Positions 47,487 through 56,222 of a stretch of DNA of 64,000 bases are shown piece by piece. Made by a program: the position numbers and the translations under genes. The stretch comes from a virus. Its lineage: Duplodnaviria; Caudoviricetes. Numbering within the stretch: position 1 is the first letter of the stretch; the number at the start of each line of letters is the position of its first letter. The notes beneath the pieces were generated by a model that ran no database searches, was not told the origin of the DNA, and saw nothing but the letters and a program-made list of their open reading frames with translations. Location: IMG/VR virus record IMGVR_UViG_3300046694_000619, one strand, 5' to 3'.

Positions 47487-47514
47487 TTGACACGCGCGCT
47501 GTTGGTGCTATACT
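47487..47514 (+). promoter_or_regulatory. Strong sigma70-like promoter of the GOLLD/tRNA block
   Basis: TTGACA-N16-TATACT; same TGGTGCTATACT as at 27529. Confidence 0.75.
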
Positions 47515-47593
47515 GCCAACACTGACTGATTCAAACAGTCTTCGACAGGTAGCAATACTGTCTCGCTCTTAAACAATTTGGCTCTCAATTTTT

Positions 47594-47762
47594 CTCTCTC
47601 TTCTGGGGGAATCACGGCTAGGTAGGTAGGACCTACGATGACGTGCGCTGGCAGGTGGAAAGCATGGGCCTTGGCCCCTCTGCAACCCGAAGTTGTCCGG
47701 AAACACAGGCCGGACTGAGCAAGCATACCGACTTGCAACTGTGGTTCCCCGAGAAGAGAGAG
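47594..47762 (+). ncRNA. Unknown structured RNA closed by a long stem
   Basis: ctctctcttctgggggaatcacgg / ctgtggttccccgagaagagagag. Confidence 0.5.
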
Positions 47763-47899
47763 TTTTGCATCGGTAAGTGTCTCCATGTAGCCGATGGGTT
47801 CGCGTTGCACCTGCGTCTTCCTTCGGGCGGATGTGGGCTCAGCTTCTGCCTTCGGGTGGAAGTCGGCTCCGCGAGCTGTCTATGGAGAAAACATCCCGC

Positions 47900-48787
47900 C
47901 TGGGGGAGACAGCCGTAGCGATACGGTCAAAGCGAGGTAGCCCACTAACTCGCGCCAAGCCTGGCCTGCACTTCGGTGCGGGTGAGGATGGTCAATCCAG
48001 GCAAGCCTCCTCGACCTCGCAAGGGGTTCGTCATCGACCAGCGGTGGCGATAAGGATGAAGCATGTGGCTGGGAAAGAACGTTGGCCGACAAGCCCAAAG
48101 TGCCCTTCGGGGGCTGCGGGGAACTTGGGTCGACGAACAGCAGCGGGTGGTGCCGCGGTCCAGCCTTAACCAACGTGCGAATCTGTACGGGAAAGGGTAG
48201 CGCTGTTGTCGTAGATGCCCTCAATGGCGACAGCGCAGTTCCAGGGGTAATGGGTTCGTTGCAAAACGCGCCCGGAGTCCTGAAGAACCGTCGAGTATCC
48301 GGCAGGAAAAAGACATGATGCGGGTGACATTGGGATGGTCAAAAGCCATTTCAGTCACGGACACGCCCGTATCGGTGGGTTGCAACTAGCTCAATTGGAT
48401 AGAGCAACGGCCTTGAAAGCCGTGGGTTGAAGGTTCAATTCCTTCGTTCACTAAAACGCAAAGTCGTGTCCGGCATTTCGCAACAGTGGCTTAATCCTGT
48501 CCGGGGAACCCCGAAGGCAGGCGCCTGAAATCCGCAAGATGGAGGGTGTTGATTGGATTCCGCACGTAGAGGCTGCAACCTCGAACGGCTCGCAAGGTCG
48601 GCGGTAGGAAGAGAATCGAGTAGCGAGATGCGACAGGGAGAGTTCGCCAGCCCTGGGGTAACCCGAAAGACGGCAGCCATGGCGCTAAACCGGGCTTGAG
48701 CTCGGTGGATACAGGAGGCAAGGTGGGCCGCAAGCTCACTATAATCCTCCTAAGTGGAGCGTCGATTCCGGCTGTAATCTCAGGCCT
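47900..48787 (+). ncRNA. GOLLD-type large RNA with embedded tRNA-like domain (5' end uncertain, may begin ~47770)
   Basis: Motifs recalled from GOLLD: GCGGGTGGTGC, CGAGTA, GAATCGAGTAG, GTGGAT...ATAATC, terminal GGCTGTAATCTCAG; many GNRA/UUCG hairpins; tRNA context. Confidence 0.7.
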
Positions 48788-48850
48788 GAATAACCCAGTG
48801 CGAAAGCACTTGGGTCTGCGAGCAAAACCGCTTTCAGACCGAAGTGCTTT

Positions 48851-49041
48851 CACCGTTACGCACGTTAGATGTGCAGCCAGCTTTAATCTGGCCTTAGTCA
48901 TGCTTGTAGGAGCGTAACCTACCCTGCGCCTGGTAGCGAACTTGGTGCATGTCGTTCGTAGTGAACAGCAGCAGGCCGCTAATTACTCATTGGCCTGCTG
49001 TTCAACACATGACATAGTCGGGGCAGTACCGACGACGGTGG
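48851..49041 (+). ncRNA. tRNA-like RNA with TTA anticodon and ~125-nt variable insert
   Basis: CACCGTT/GACGGTG acceptor, GCAC/GTGC D stem, GCCAG-CTTTAAT-CTGGC, GTCGG-GGCAGTA-CCGAC. Confidence 0.6.
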
Positions 49042-49055
49042 AAGTATTTTAGAAT

Positions 49056-49142
49056 GGAGAGGTGGCAGAGCGGTCAAATGCGCTGTCTTGGAAAGGCAGA
49101 GTCGGAAACGGCACCTGGGTTCGAACCCCAGTCTCTCCGCCA
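49056..49142 (+). tRNA. tRNA-Ser(GGA), canonical fold
   Basis: Class II, TT-GGA-AA, G73. Confidence 0.9.
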
Positions 49143-49299
49143 GCTATACCCCATCATGTATCCACTAACTAACGAGGTCGATGCTTGATGAAAAAGAATA
49201 CAGTACTGCCAGGTTTTCACCACGAAGGATGGGACCTGTGATGCAGCGAAAAGAATTAGCCCGTTTCGCCCGTGAAGGCTGGGACGGTTGACTGTTTTT

Positions 49300-49375
49300 G
49301 GCGGGGTGGCGCAGTTGGTAGCGCACGGGGCTCATAACCCTGGGGTCGATGGTTCGAATCCATCTCCCGCAACCA
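49300..49375 (+). tRNA. Initiator tRNA-fMet(CAT)
   Basis: 1:72 mismatch, GGG/CCC anticodon stem, CT-CAT-AA. Confidence 0.85.
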
Positions 49376-49382
49376 GTTTTTG

Positions 49383-49567
49383 CAGTGGGAAGGAGCAGAC
49401 CGCAGCCTATGCGTGCGGGATGACAGGCCCCGCTCGGACGCATGAAGTTGGGTGCGGAGAGTCGACGGACTGAGCATAAACGGAGTCGAGGGTAAGGCCG
49501 CGGACGTGTGATGTAGGGCACGAGAGCGGTTCCGAGGTTACGACACCGGCCCACAGCAGATTCACCA
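49383..49567 (+). ncRNA. Unknown structured RNA (AGGAGCAGA class, copy 2)
   Basis: Shares three ordered motifs with 42963-43171. Confidence 0.5.
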
Positions 49568-49606
49568 TTTTCAAGAGCGGCACTTGTGCGGCTCGAGTAG
49601 TTCAAT

Positions 49607-49684
49607 GGCGGGGTAGCTCAGCCTGGTAGAGCGACAGCCTCATAAGCTGAATGTCGTTGGTTCGAATCCAACCCACCGCAACCA
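49607..49684 (+). tRNA. tRNA(CAT), Met/Ile2 or variant initiator
   Basis: CT-CAT-AA, 1:72 mismatch, bulged acceptor. Confidence 0.8.
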
Positions 49685-49689
49685 GTTAC

Positions 49690-49958
49690 CCGGGTGTCCT
49701 GGCCCGTAATTTACCAGGCTCGGCACTCCTGCCGGCCTACCGTTGGCTATGGAGCGGAACCTGCGGTATATCGGGGGCAACCTCGGTAAGCCATCCCGAA
49801 AGGGATTCCGACAGGAGTAACGCAGGCAGCTTGGTGTGAGCTGAAACGCAAAGGATAGCGTATCTGTTGAGCCTCCCGGGGAGGCTCTTCGTGAGCGCCG
49901 CACATCTGACTGGTAAAGCGCCCACGTGCCAGCTGTTGGTAGCAGCGTGGCACACCGA
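49690..49958 (+). ncRNA. Unknown structured RNA
   Basis: Closing pairs tttaccag/ctggtaaa, several GNRA hairpins, no credible ORF. Confidence 0.45.
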
Positions 49959-49997
49959 TTTTCAGGAGTGGCTTTCGAGCGACTCCAGCAGCTCGAT

Positions 49998-50075
49998 AGC
50001 GGGGTAGAGCAGTCCGGTAGCTCGTCGGCCTCATAAGCCGAAGGTCATGGGTTCAAATCCCATCCGCCGCAACCA
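49998..50075 (+). tRNA. Initiator-like tRNA(CAT) variant
   Basis: fMet-type D arm GAGCAGTCCGGTAGCTC, 1:72 mismatch, CT-CAT-AA. Confidence 0.82.
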
Positions 50076-50266
50076 AACGTAGGTCGTTGTGAATGCAACG
50101 ATTGAAAGACAATCCGGCCACGCTTGCCATCTTCACAAGGGATGGCGTGCCTTAAGAGGCAGCGCATCTGAAATCGCGGATTTACGCGTGAACCCCAGGG
50201 ACGCCTGGGTCTACGGAACAAGGTGGTCGCAAGACCATCGGCGAGGGGATAACCTTTGCCACCCTT

Positions 50267-50342
<76 letters not shown>

Positions 50343-50675
50343 AATTACTCCGGCCTGGCAGTGTCACCGCATAAGAGGACAGGTGTTCCTCTGGACGATT
50401 TTCGTGCTGCCAGCCCCGAGTGATTTCAGCAGGAAATGCACGGGCGACGTGCAAGAAAGGACGGAGTGTCCTGGCAGTGAGAACTGACCAGCTGTTGCGA
50501 TGAGAGGTCGCAAGACTTTTTCGGTTCGAAAGTAGCATCGGGCCGTCCAAAACCGAAATGCCGGGTTCGCATCCGGCTCCTGTCGATGTCACGCGAATTG
50601 ACTGCTCCAAAACGTGGGACCCGGTCTCCATGGATGTGGCGAAGTATCGGGCTTTGAGCAGTCTTTTCGCAGGAT

Positions 50676-50752
50676 GGTGATGTAGCTCAGCTGGTCAGAG
50701 CGTTGCACTCATAATGCAGAGGTCGTCGGTTCGAGCCCGACCATCACTACCA
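50676..50752 (+). tRNA. Elongator tRNA-Met(CAT)
   Basis: CT-CAT-AA, paired acceptor, CCA. Confidence 0.87.
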
Positions 50753-50760
50753 GTTTCAAT

Positions 50761-50848
50761 GCGGTGGACCTTCGGGTCTAACGTCAATCAGCGGCCTAGG
50801 ATAACGCCTGATTGTCGAGCGCCGGCGTAATGGCTGGACACCGCTCCA
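50761..50848 (+). ncRNA. Small CCA-ended tRNA-shaped RNA
   Basis: GCGGTG/CACCGC-T-CCA with three internal hairpins, one a cUUCGg. Confidence 0.5.
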
Positions 50849-50855
50849 TATCCGA

Positions 50856-50881
50856 GAGAGCCCGCTACATGCGGGCTTTCC
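50856..50881 (+). terminator. Terminator-like hairpin ending the RNA block
   Basis: gagagcccgc-tacat-gcgggctttc. Confidence 0.5.
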
Positions 50882-50896
50882 CATATCAGCAACGCC

Positions 50897-51355
50897 ATGC
50901 ATTCGACGACCGATAAACGACCACTGAACGTGCGTGAGTTGCGCACCAAGCTGAAGATGCTGCGGCAGTATCAGGCGCGCAGCTGCCGGTTCGAGACGGT
51001 GTCATACTACTGCCCGAGGCATCCTGTATTCGAGGACTTCTTCCGGCTGCTGGCTGAGCATGACTGGTTCAGTGACGACTACCGATGGTGCCGTGCACAG
51101 TACCAAGGGGACAGGGCCGCGTACGAAAATGCCATCGACGAAGCCAACGCATACTGGAACCCGAAGGCGGTCTTGTGCCGACAGCCGACGTACAAAGAAG
51201 CGCTGCAGTGTGCCCGGTTCATTTACAGGTGCGGCCGCATCATGGAAGGCTCGCCTTGGCTGCGGGCATTGTCGATGGGTGTCGTGCAGTGGATTATGGA
51301 TGGCATCATCGAGGGTCCTGCTGATTGCGGGCAGCACGCGCAAGCCGAGCAATAG
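50897..51355 (+). CDS. Hypothetical protein
   Basis: 152-aa ORF. Confidence 0.55.
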   Translation: MHSTTDKRPLNVRELRTKLKMLRQYQARSCRFETVSYYCPRHPVFEDFFRLLAEHDWFSDDYRWCRAQYQGDRAAYENAIDEANAYWNPKAVLCRQPTYKEALQCARFIYRCGRIMEGSPWLRALSMGVVQWIMDGIIEGPADCGQHAQAEQ

Positions 51356-51410
51356 TGGCTTCGTAGACTGTCGGTCGTCGGCAACAACGATGCTTAACAG
51401 GCTAAGCATT

Positions 51411-51680
51411 TTAGCTCCATCGTTGTAGACCGCGTTCAGGTGGCGGCCTTGATTTGCTGTGCTGCGAGCGGCGCCATCTTTGTTTGGACTGCCAGTCCTC
51501 TGCGCGAAGCACGTATTCCCCGTCTTCGCGGGCTTCGGCTTCCGAGCCGAATCCTTCCTCGCTGAAGGCGACGACTTTGATGCCTGTGCCAGTCGACCTC
51601 TCGATGGTAATGCCCCAGTGCCACTCGCCTTCCTGCTCGAAGACGTGAAGCGTCGGGTCCGACGACGCGAGCGCGGCCAT
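51411..51680 (-). CDS. Hypothetical protein
   Basis: AAAGGAG RBS; WHWGITIER...VVAFSEEGF. Confidence 0.6.
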   Translation of the reverse strand: MAALASSDPTLHVFEQEGEWHWGITIERSTGTGIKVVAFSEEGFGSEAEAREDGEYVLRAEDWQSKQRWRRSQHSKSRPPPERGLQRWS

Positions 51681-52358
51681 GGTCAACTCCTTTCAATAGC
51701 GGTTCCTCCGTGAGCCGTCCGCATGGCAACGGATGGTGCACGAATTGTCAGTGCTAGCAGTGGCCTGATACCGCTCCTGTGGCGTTGTTGCTAGGTGCGC
51801 GTAGACCTCGACGACTGCTGTATGTGCGCGGAGCTGGAGAACGCCTGTGCAGGACACGGCGCCGGCGGCGATTCAAGGGCGTCGTCGGCCTCCAGAACGA
51901 CAACTTCGAGGAATTCAAGCGGTACCCGGTCAAGCCGTTCTGGCCGTCGTTCACCATCCGGCGGGAATTCCACGCAAGCATGAGATGCCTTCGGGGTATG
52001 CGCTACGACTTGCCCGATACGCCCTCGAAACCGGCTTGCTGAATGGTCATCGAGCGCGCTCAGGCGGGAAGCGGTAAGTCTTACGAACATGCCTTTCAGG
52101 CGTTGCCTCATATGTACCTCCTCACTTAAAAGCATTTGTTCAGAGGATAGAAAAGGGTCGTGTGAAGCGCAAGGAAAAGAAGGCGCAGCGGTACACAATA
52201 CGGATGCGAGCGTAAAGGACGAATTTTTTACAACCTAGCAACATTGAAGGAGCTTCGAGATGGTTCTCAGGCAGGCATCGGTCATACGACCGGCCGTCAG
52301 CGCTTAAGAGTGCAGGAGGGTCCTGCACAGCTGGCGGTCGACACTCTTCGGAGTCTGT

Positions 52359-52586
52359 ATGACCAAGCCCATGACCCGCGCCCTTCGGCGTCATCATATT
52401 GCGCGCCTCAAGCGCGCCCGCCGGTTCTACTTCGGTAAGGACCTGGCGAAAGACCCGGTCGACCTCGGTATTACCGTGACGACCGCCGCGCGCTGTTCGT
52501 GCGCAATGTGCGGAAATCCTCGTCGCATTTTCCTCGAGCTCACGATGCAGGAACGTCGTCTGTTTCAGGACATCGGTGAAGATTGA
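52359..52586 (+). CDS. Small Arg-rich protein with CSC..CGNPRR motif
   Basis: GGAG RBS; CSCAMCGNPRR...LTMQERR. Confidence 0.7.
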   Translation: MTKPMTRALRRHHIARLKRARRFYFGKDLAKDPVDLGITVTTAARCSCAMCGNPRRIFLELTMQERRLFQDIGED

Positions 52587-52726
52587 GAGCCGAAACGCAT
52601 ATTCTCAACGCGCTGTTGCGAATATGCGTTAAAAACACTATACTGTGTTTGTGTTGGTGGCGGGAGCCGGACAGCAACGGCCCGCCGCGACGGCGAAGTA
52701 TCAAGCCCTGCTGATGCAGTACATTA

Positions 52727-52801
52727 GCCCTTGTAGCTCAGTGGCAGAGCACTCCCTTGGTAAGGGAGAGGCCGACAGTTCAATCCTGTCCAGGGGCACC
52801 A
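52727..52801 (+). tRNA. tRNA-Thr(GGT)
   Basis: TT-GGT-AA, CCA. Confidence 0.92.
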
Positions 52802-52815
52802 GAATTTCGATTCAT

Positions 52816-52891
52816 GCCGGTGTAGCTCAGTTGGTAGAGCAACGCACTCGTAACGCGTAGGTCGGAGGTTCGAATCCTCTCTCCGGCACCA
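52816..52891 (+). tRNA. tRNA-Thr(CGT)
   Basis: CT-CGT-AA, CCA. Confidence 0.92.
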
Positions 52892-52910
52892 GATTTCCTA
52901 CATTTTCATC

Positions 52911-53315
52911 ATGACTGCAGACACGACGACGGCGGTGTACGCGCTTCGAGAGCAGGTCACCGACCGCACCGCGGGCTATGCCGTACGGCATCCGCAGTCG
53001 GGCGCGCTCGTGTCCAATCGCAGTTTCGATAACGGCTATTGCGTCCAGCCGCTGACGTTCCCGCGCGACGAGGCTGAGGCCCATCTGGCGGAGCTCACAG
53101 CGGAAACCCGCGTCACCTGGATGCTCGAGCTGGCACCCGGTCCGTGTCCCGCATGCAAGCGCGTCATCTGGGCTGACGACCTTGACTTCTGCTACCCGCT
53201 GAACCGGGAACGCACACTCTACCGCGCCGGCTGCAACAAGCATGACTTCGGTTGCGGGCTAGAGGTCGAAAGCGATTCTTTCGAAGGTGCCATCAGGCGC
53301 TGGAACGGGCAGTAG
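52911..53315 (+). CDS. Hypothetical zinc-ribbon protein (Lar-like C-terminus)
   Basis: PCPAC...C....GCG...AIRRWN. Confidence 0.6.
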   Translation: MTADTTTAVYALREQVTDRTAGYAVRHPQSGALVSNRSFDNGYCVQPLTFPRDEAEAHLAELTAETRVTWMLELAPGPCPACKRVIWADDLDFCYPLNRERTLYRAGCNKHDFGCGLEVESDSFEGAIRRWNGQ

Positions 53316-53335
53316 CTCAGCTCATCTGTCTTCAC

Positions 53336-53411
53336 GCGCCTGTAGTTCAACGGATAGAACAGTGGTCTTCTACACCATAGGTTGGGGGTTCAAATCCCTC
53401 CGGGCGCGCCA
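53336..53411 (+). tRNA. tRNA-Arg(TCT)
   Basis: CT-TCT-AC, CCA. Confidence 0.9.
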
Positions 53412-53476
53412 CAATTGCCAGTTTTAAGCGTTTTGTGCTATAATATCGACACTTTAGGTTAGCTTGGAGCATTATT

Positions 53477-54112
53477 ATGTCGGTATTGTCCCTTGCTCGA
53501 TTCCAGGAATCAGTCACCATTCTCGGCGGCGGCAACGCTCAAGACTTACACTCGCGGCTGCTCACTGCCTGGGCCGAACCGGCGCGTCGTTACCATACCC
53601 AACAGCACCTCGAAGAAGGCCTCACCCTGGCCGACATCTGGGGCGAGCAGCTCTCGCGGCACGAGAAGGCTGAGCTTGACCTGGGATTCTGGCTTCATGA
53701 CGCCATTCTCGACCCACGCGGCACTGAGAACGAGCGTAAGAGTGCTGATATGGCCCGCGCAGAGCTCGCCAAGCTCGGAATCCACGAGCAAACACCGGAA
53801 CGCATCGCCGCGCTGGTCATGGCCACGGCACACGGCACCCCGGTGCCCGCGGGCGACTACGTGGTGGACCTGCTGCTCGATATTGACCTCGCTATCATCG
53901 GCGCGCCAGCCGCACGCTTTGCGCAATACGAGGCACAGGTTCGGGATGAGTACAGCTTCGTCGACGATGCGGCCTATCAGGTCGGCCGCGGCAAGGTGAT
54001 GGGGCATTTCCGCGCGATGGCGTTCAACGAACCGTCCACGCTATACCGTACAGTCTACGGTAGCACGTTGCTTCCGCAGGCGCGCGTCAACCTCGCCAAG
54101 TACCATCACTAA
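53477..54112 (+). CDS. HD-superfamily metal-dependent phosphohydrolase
   Basis: RRYHTQQHL, WLHDAI, NERKSA, LLDIDLAI. Confidence 0.85.
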   Translation: MSVLSLARFQESVTILGGGNAQDLHSRLLTAWAEPARRYHTQQHLEEGLTLADIWGEQLSRHEKAELDLGFWLHDAILDPRGTENERKSADMARAELAKLGIHEQTPERIAALVMATAHGTPVPAGDYVVDLLLDIDLAIIGAPAARFAQYEAQVRDEYSFVDDAAYQVGRGKVMGHFRAMAFNEPSTLYRTVYGSTLLPQARVNLAKYHH

Positions 54113-54291
54113 TGCTCATCCTTTACCGACAACACGGCCGCGTGCGCATCGTGCGCACACCGCAAGCGGAGACTGGCGAAAAGTTGTGTCCGCCGGATGA
54201 CGCTTACGGGATGCCGTATTCCCAACTGCCGCCGGAACAGAAGGCGCTCCTTGCCGCTGAAGAGCGCGAACGGAACGCAAAAGAACAATAA

Positions 54292-54798
54292 ATGGTAAAT
54301 CTCGACGACTGCTACATCAATCTCGACCTGGATGGTGTCATGGTCGACTTCTACGGGGAAACCTCCCGCATTCTGGGCGCGAACTACAAGAGCCTGCCTT
54401 CCGCGCAAGCGTGGAGTGTGCTCGAGAAGATTCCGCATTTCTTCGAAAAACTGCCGATGCTCCCCGATGCACTCGAACTCTGGAAGGGACTCGAGGGTCG
54501 TGGGCGTCCGTCTCGTGTCCTGACCGCGGTTCCGAAGCCAACGGGCCTGCTCAATACGGCGCCCGGCGACAAACGCATCTGGGTGCGCGAGAACATCAGC
54601 CAGACCGTCCCGGTGCTGATTGCGCCGCACGGCGCTGCGAAGGCGGAGTGGGCCCGGCCGGGCCACATCCTCATCGACGACCTTCAGCGCAACATCGACG
54701 CCTGGGTCGCCGCTGGCGGCATTGGCATCCTGCATCGCAGCGCGCGTGAGACACTCGAGCAGCTCGATGAGCACGCGCCGCTGCTGCAGGCGGCCTGA
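54292..54798 (+). CDS. 5'(3')-deoxyribonucleotidase-like HAD protein
   Basis: LDLDGVMVDF, K..W, ILIDD...N...W...GG.GI.H. Confidence 0.8.
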   Translation: MVNLDDCYINLDLDGVMVDFYGETSRILGANYKSLPSAQAWSVLEKIPHFFEKLPMLPDALELWKGLEGRGRPSRVLTAVPKPTGLLNTAPGDKRIWVRENISQTVPVLIAPHGAAKAEWARPGHILIDDLQRNIDAWVAAGGIGILHRSARETLEQLDEHAPLLQAA

Positions 54799-54816
54799 GC
54801 ATCTGACCCTACAACG

Positions 54817-54848
54817 AAAAAAGCCCTCACACCGGAGGGCTTTTGTTT
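54817..54848. terminator. Bidirectional intrinsic terminator
   Basis: aaaaagccctc-acaccg-gagggcttttgttt. Confidence 0.75.
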
Positions 54849-55212
54849 AGTGAAGGCAGGGCGGTTGAACATACCGTCCCCGGTTAAGCGTCTTGTGGTG
54901 GTCGTCGTGCAGGTTTCCCCACACGGTCTTCACCCTCCCATCTACCATCACCACCCATACCAGGTCGAGACGCGCCGTGACCTGGTGCCGAATGACTCGT
55001 TTGAGTATTCGACCCGTCATGGCGCACTCAACTTCCACGATTTCGCTCGAAGCAACGACAAGCTTCGCGGAAAGGTGGCCGGTCAGGTCGCCGTAGCGGT
55101 CCTCGTGTGCGGCCAAAAGTGCATGGCGGGTGTAGTGCAGCGACAAGGCTCCAGGGGTCTGGAACAGCCGCACCGGCGCATAAACATCCTTATGAAAAAG
55201 CATAGTTTGCAT
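54847..55212 (-). CDS. Hypothetical protein
   Basis: YTRHA...DRYG...VKTVW.N..DDHH.TL..Y. Confidence 0.6.
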   Translation of the reverse strand: MQTMLFHKDVYAPVRLFQTPGALSLHYTRHALLAAHEDRYGDLTGHLSAKLVVASSEIVEVECAMTGRILKRVIRHQVTARLDLVWVVMVDGRVKTVWGNLHDDHHKTLNRGRYVQPPCLH

Positions 55213-55407
55213 GATGTACCTCAAAATGGATTTGGCACTCACTGACACGTACACTCGAACAAGGGGATACCCAGCGGTTTCCTCGAATTCGTATAGCTCA
55301 GAGAGTGCCCATCGCAGAGGTAACAACCGCGCAGGTCTGCCACATTTCGGATATTGCATTCAGAGGGGTCTAACGCGTTAATGCTGTTTTATGATATAAT
55401 GCAACTT

Positions 55408-55714
55408 CAGTGAGTCAGACTCATGGGCGGTAGGCTTAGAAGCAGCCAGCGGCGTGAAAACCCGCGTACCGATAATGAGTGGTGATAGGCGCGTGTGACC
55501 GTGGAACTGTTCACCCTGATGAACACCACAGACCCGTGAGATTCGCGGGCACTGGAAGCAGGGCGAGGATGGCAGATACCGAAGGACTGATGCTGCATGG
55601 ACGTGGAGCGGCATCGGAGAAGGCAAGCCATCAGGAAAAAAGGTTGCGAGGGCGTTGTCCCCTGAAATGACCAATAACCTTTGGCGTGAAAGCACACCTG
55701 GGTTTGACCTGCTG
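55408..55714 (+). ncRNA. 23S rRNA GTPase-associated centre (H43/H44) mimic RNA
   Basis: GGCTTAGAAGCAGCCA (55433-55448), ATAATGAGT, GGCGTGAAAGCACAC (55683-55697), closing stem; TGATATAAT promoter element upstream. Confidence 0.7.
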
Positions 55715-55789
55715 ACGCCCTGGACTCGCGGGCGTTAAAACGAGGAGGGAGTCCGGTGGAAGCCCGGCACCGAATACACGGAGAAGCCA

Positions 55790-56128
55790 ATGGCTGAGAA
55801 TTTTGATACCACGCCGTACTACCGCAAGCTGGCCAGCAATGAGCCTCTCACCGAGGACGAAATCGTCTCGCTGCTAAAGGCTGTGGATTCGTTTCGAAAC
55901 GCGACCGCCTATCTGGCGGACTGCCATGCCGCAACGCTCGAGAGCATGCCGCGTTCTGCGTCCAAGTCCGCGCGTACGCGCATGGAATCCATCTGCAAGA
56001 CGTCGGCCGAGCTGCTCGACGGCGGCTACAACCCGTTGACTCATCGCTCCACGCCCGACGCCGCGCAGAAGCGCTGTTTGCGAGTCATCGAAGAAAGCAA
56101 GGCGCTCGTCGGGCCGGTCGGTACCTGA
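55790..56128 (+). CDS. Hypothetical protein
   Basis: GGAG RBS. Confidence 0.6.
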   Translation: MAENFDTTPYYRKLASNEPLTEDEIVSLLKAVDSFRNATAYLADCHAATLESMPRSASKSARTRMESICKTSAELLDGGYNPLTHRSTPDAAQKRCLRVIEESKALVGPVGT

Positions 56129-56222
56129 GCCATCGTTCGAGCCCAGATTATGCGCGGGCGCGGAGCGTGCTAGCCGTTGCAGAGGAGCCGGTGACGTCTG
56201 CCTGAAAACACAAAGAGGTGGC

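Noticed and set aside
47560-48790. rRNA, tmRNA, RNase P, SRP or group II intron
   Set aside because: No extended rRNA identity, no tmRNA ends or tag ORF, no GAGGAAAGTCC, no SRP domain IV and no intron domain V recognised. GOLLD motifs fit better.
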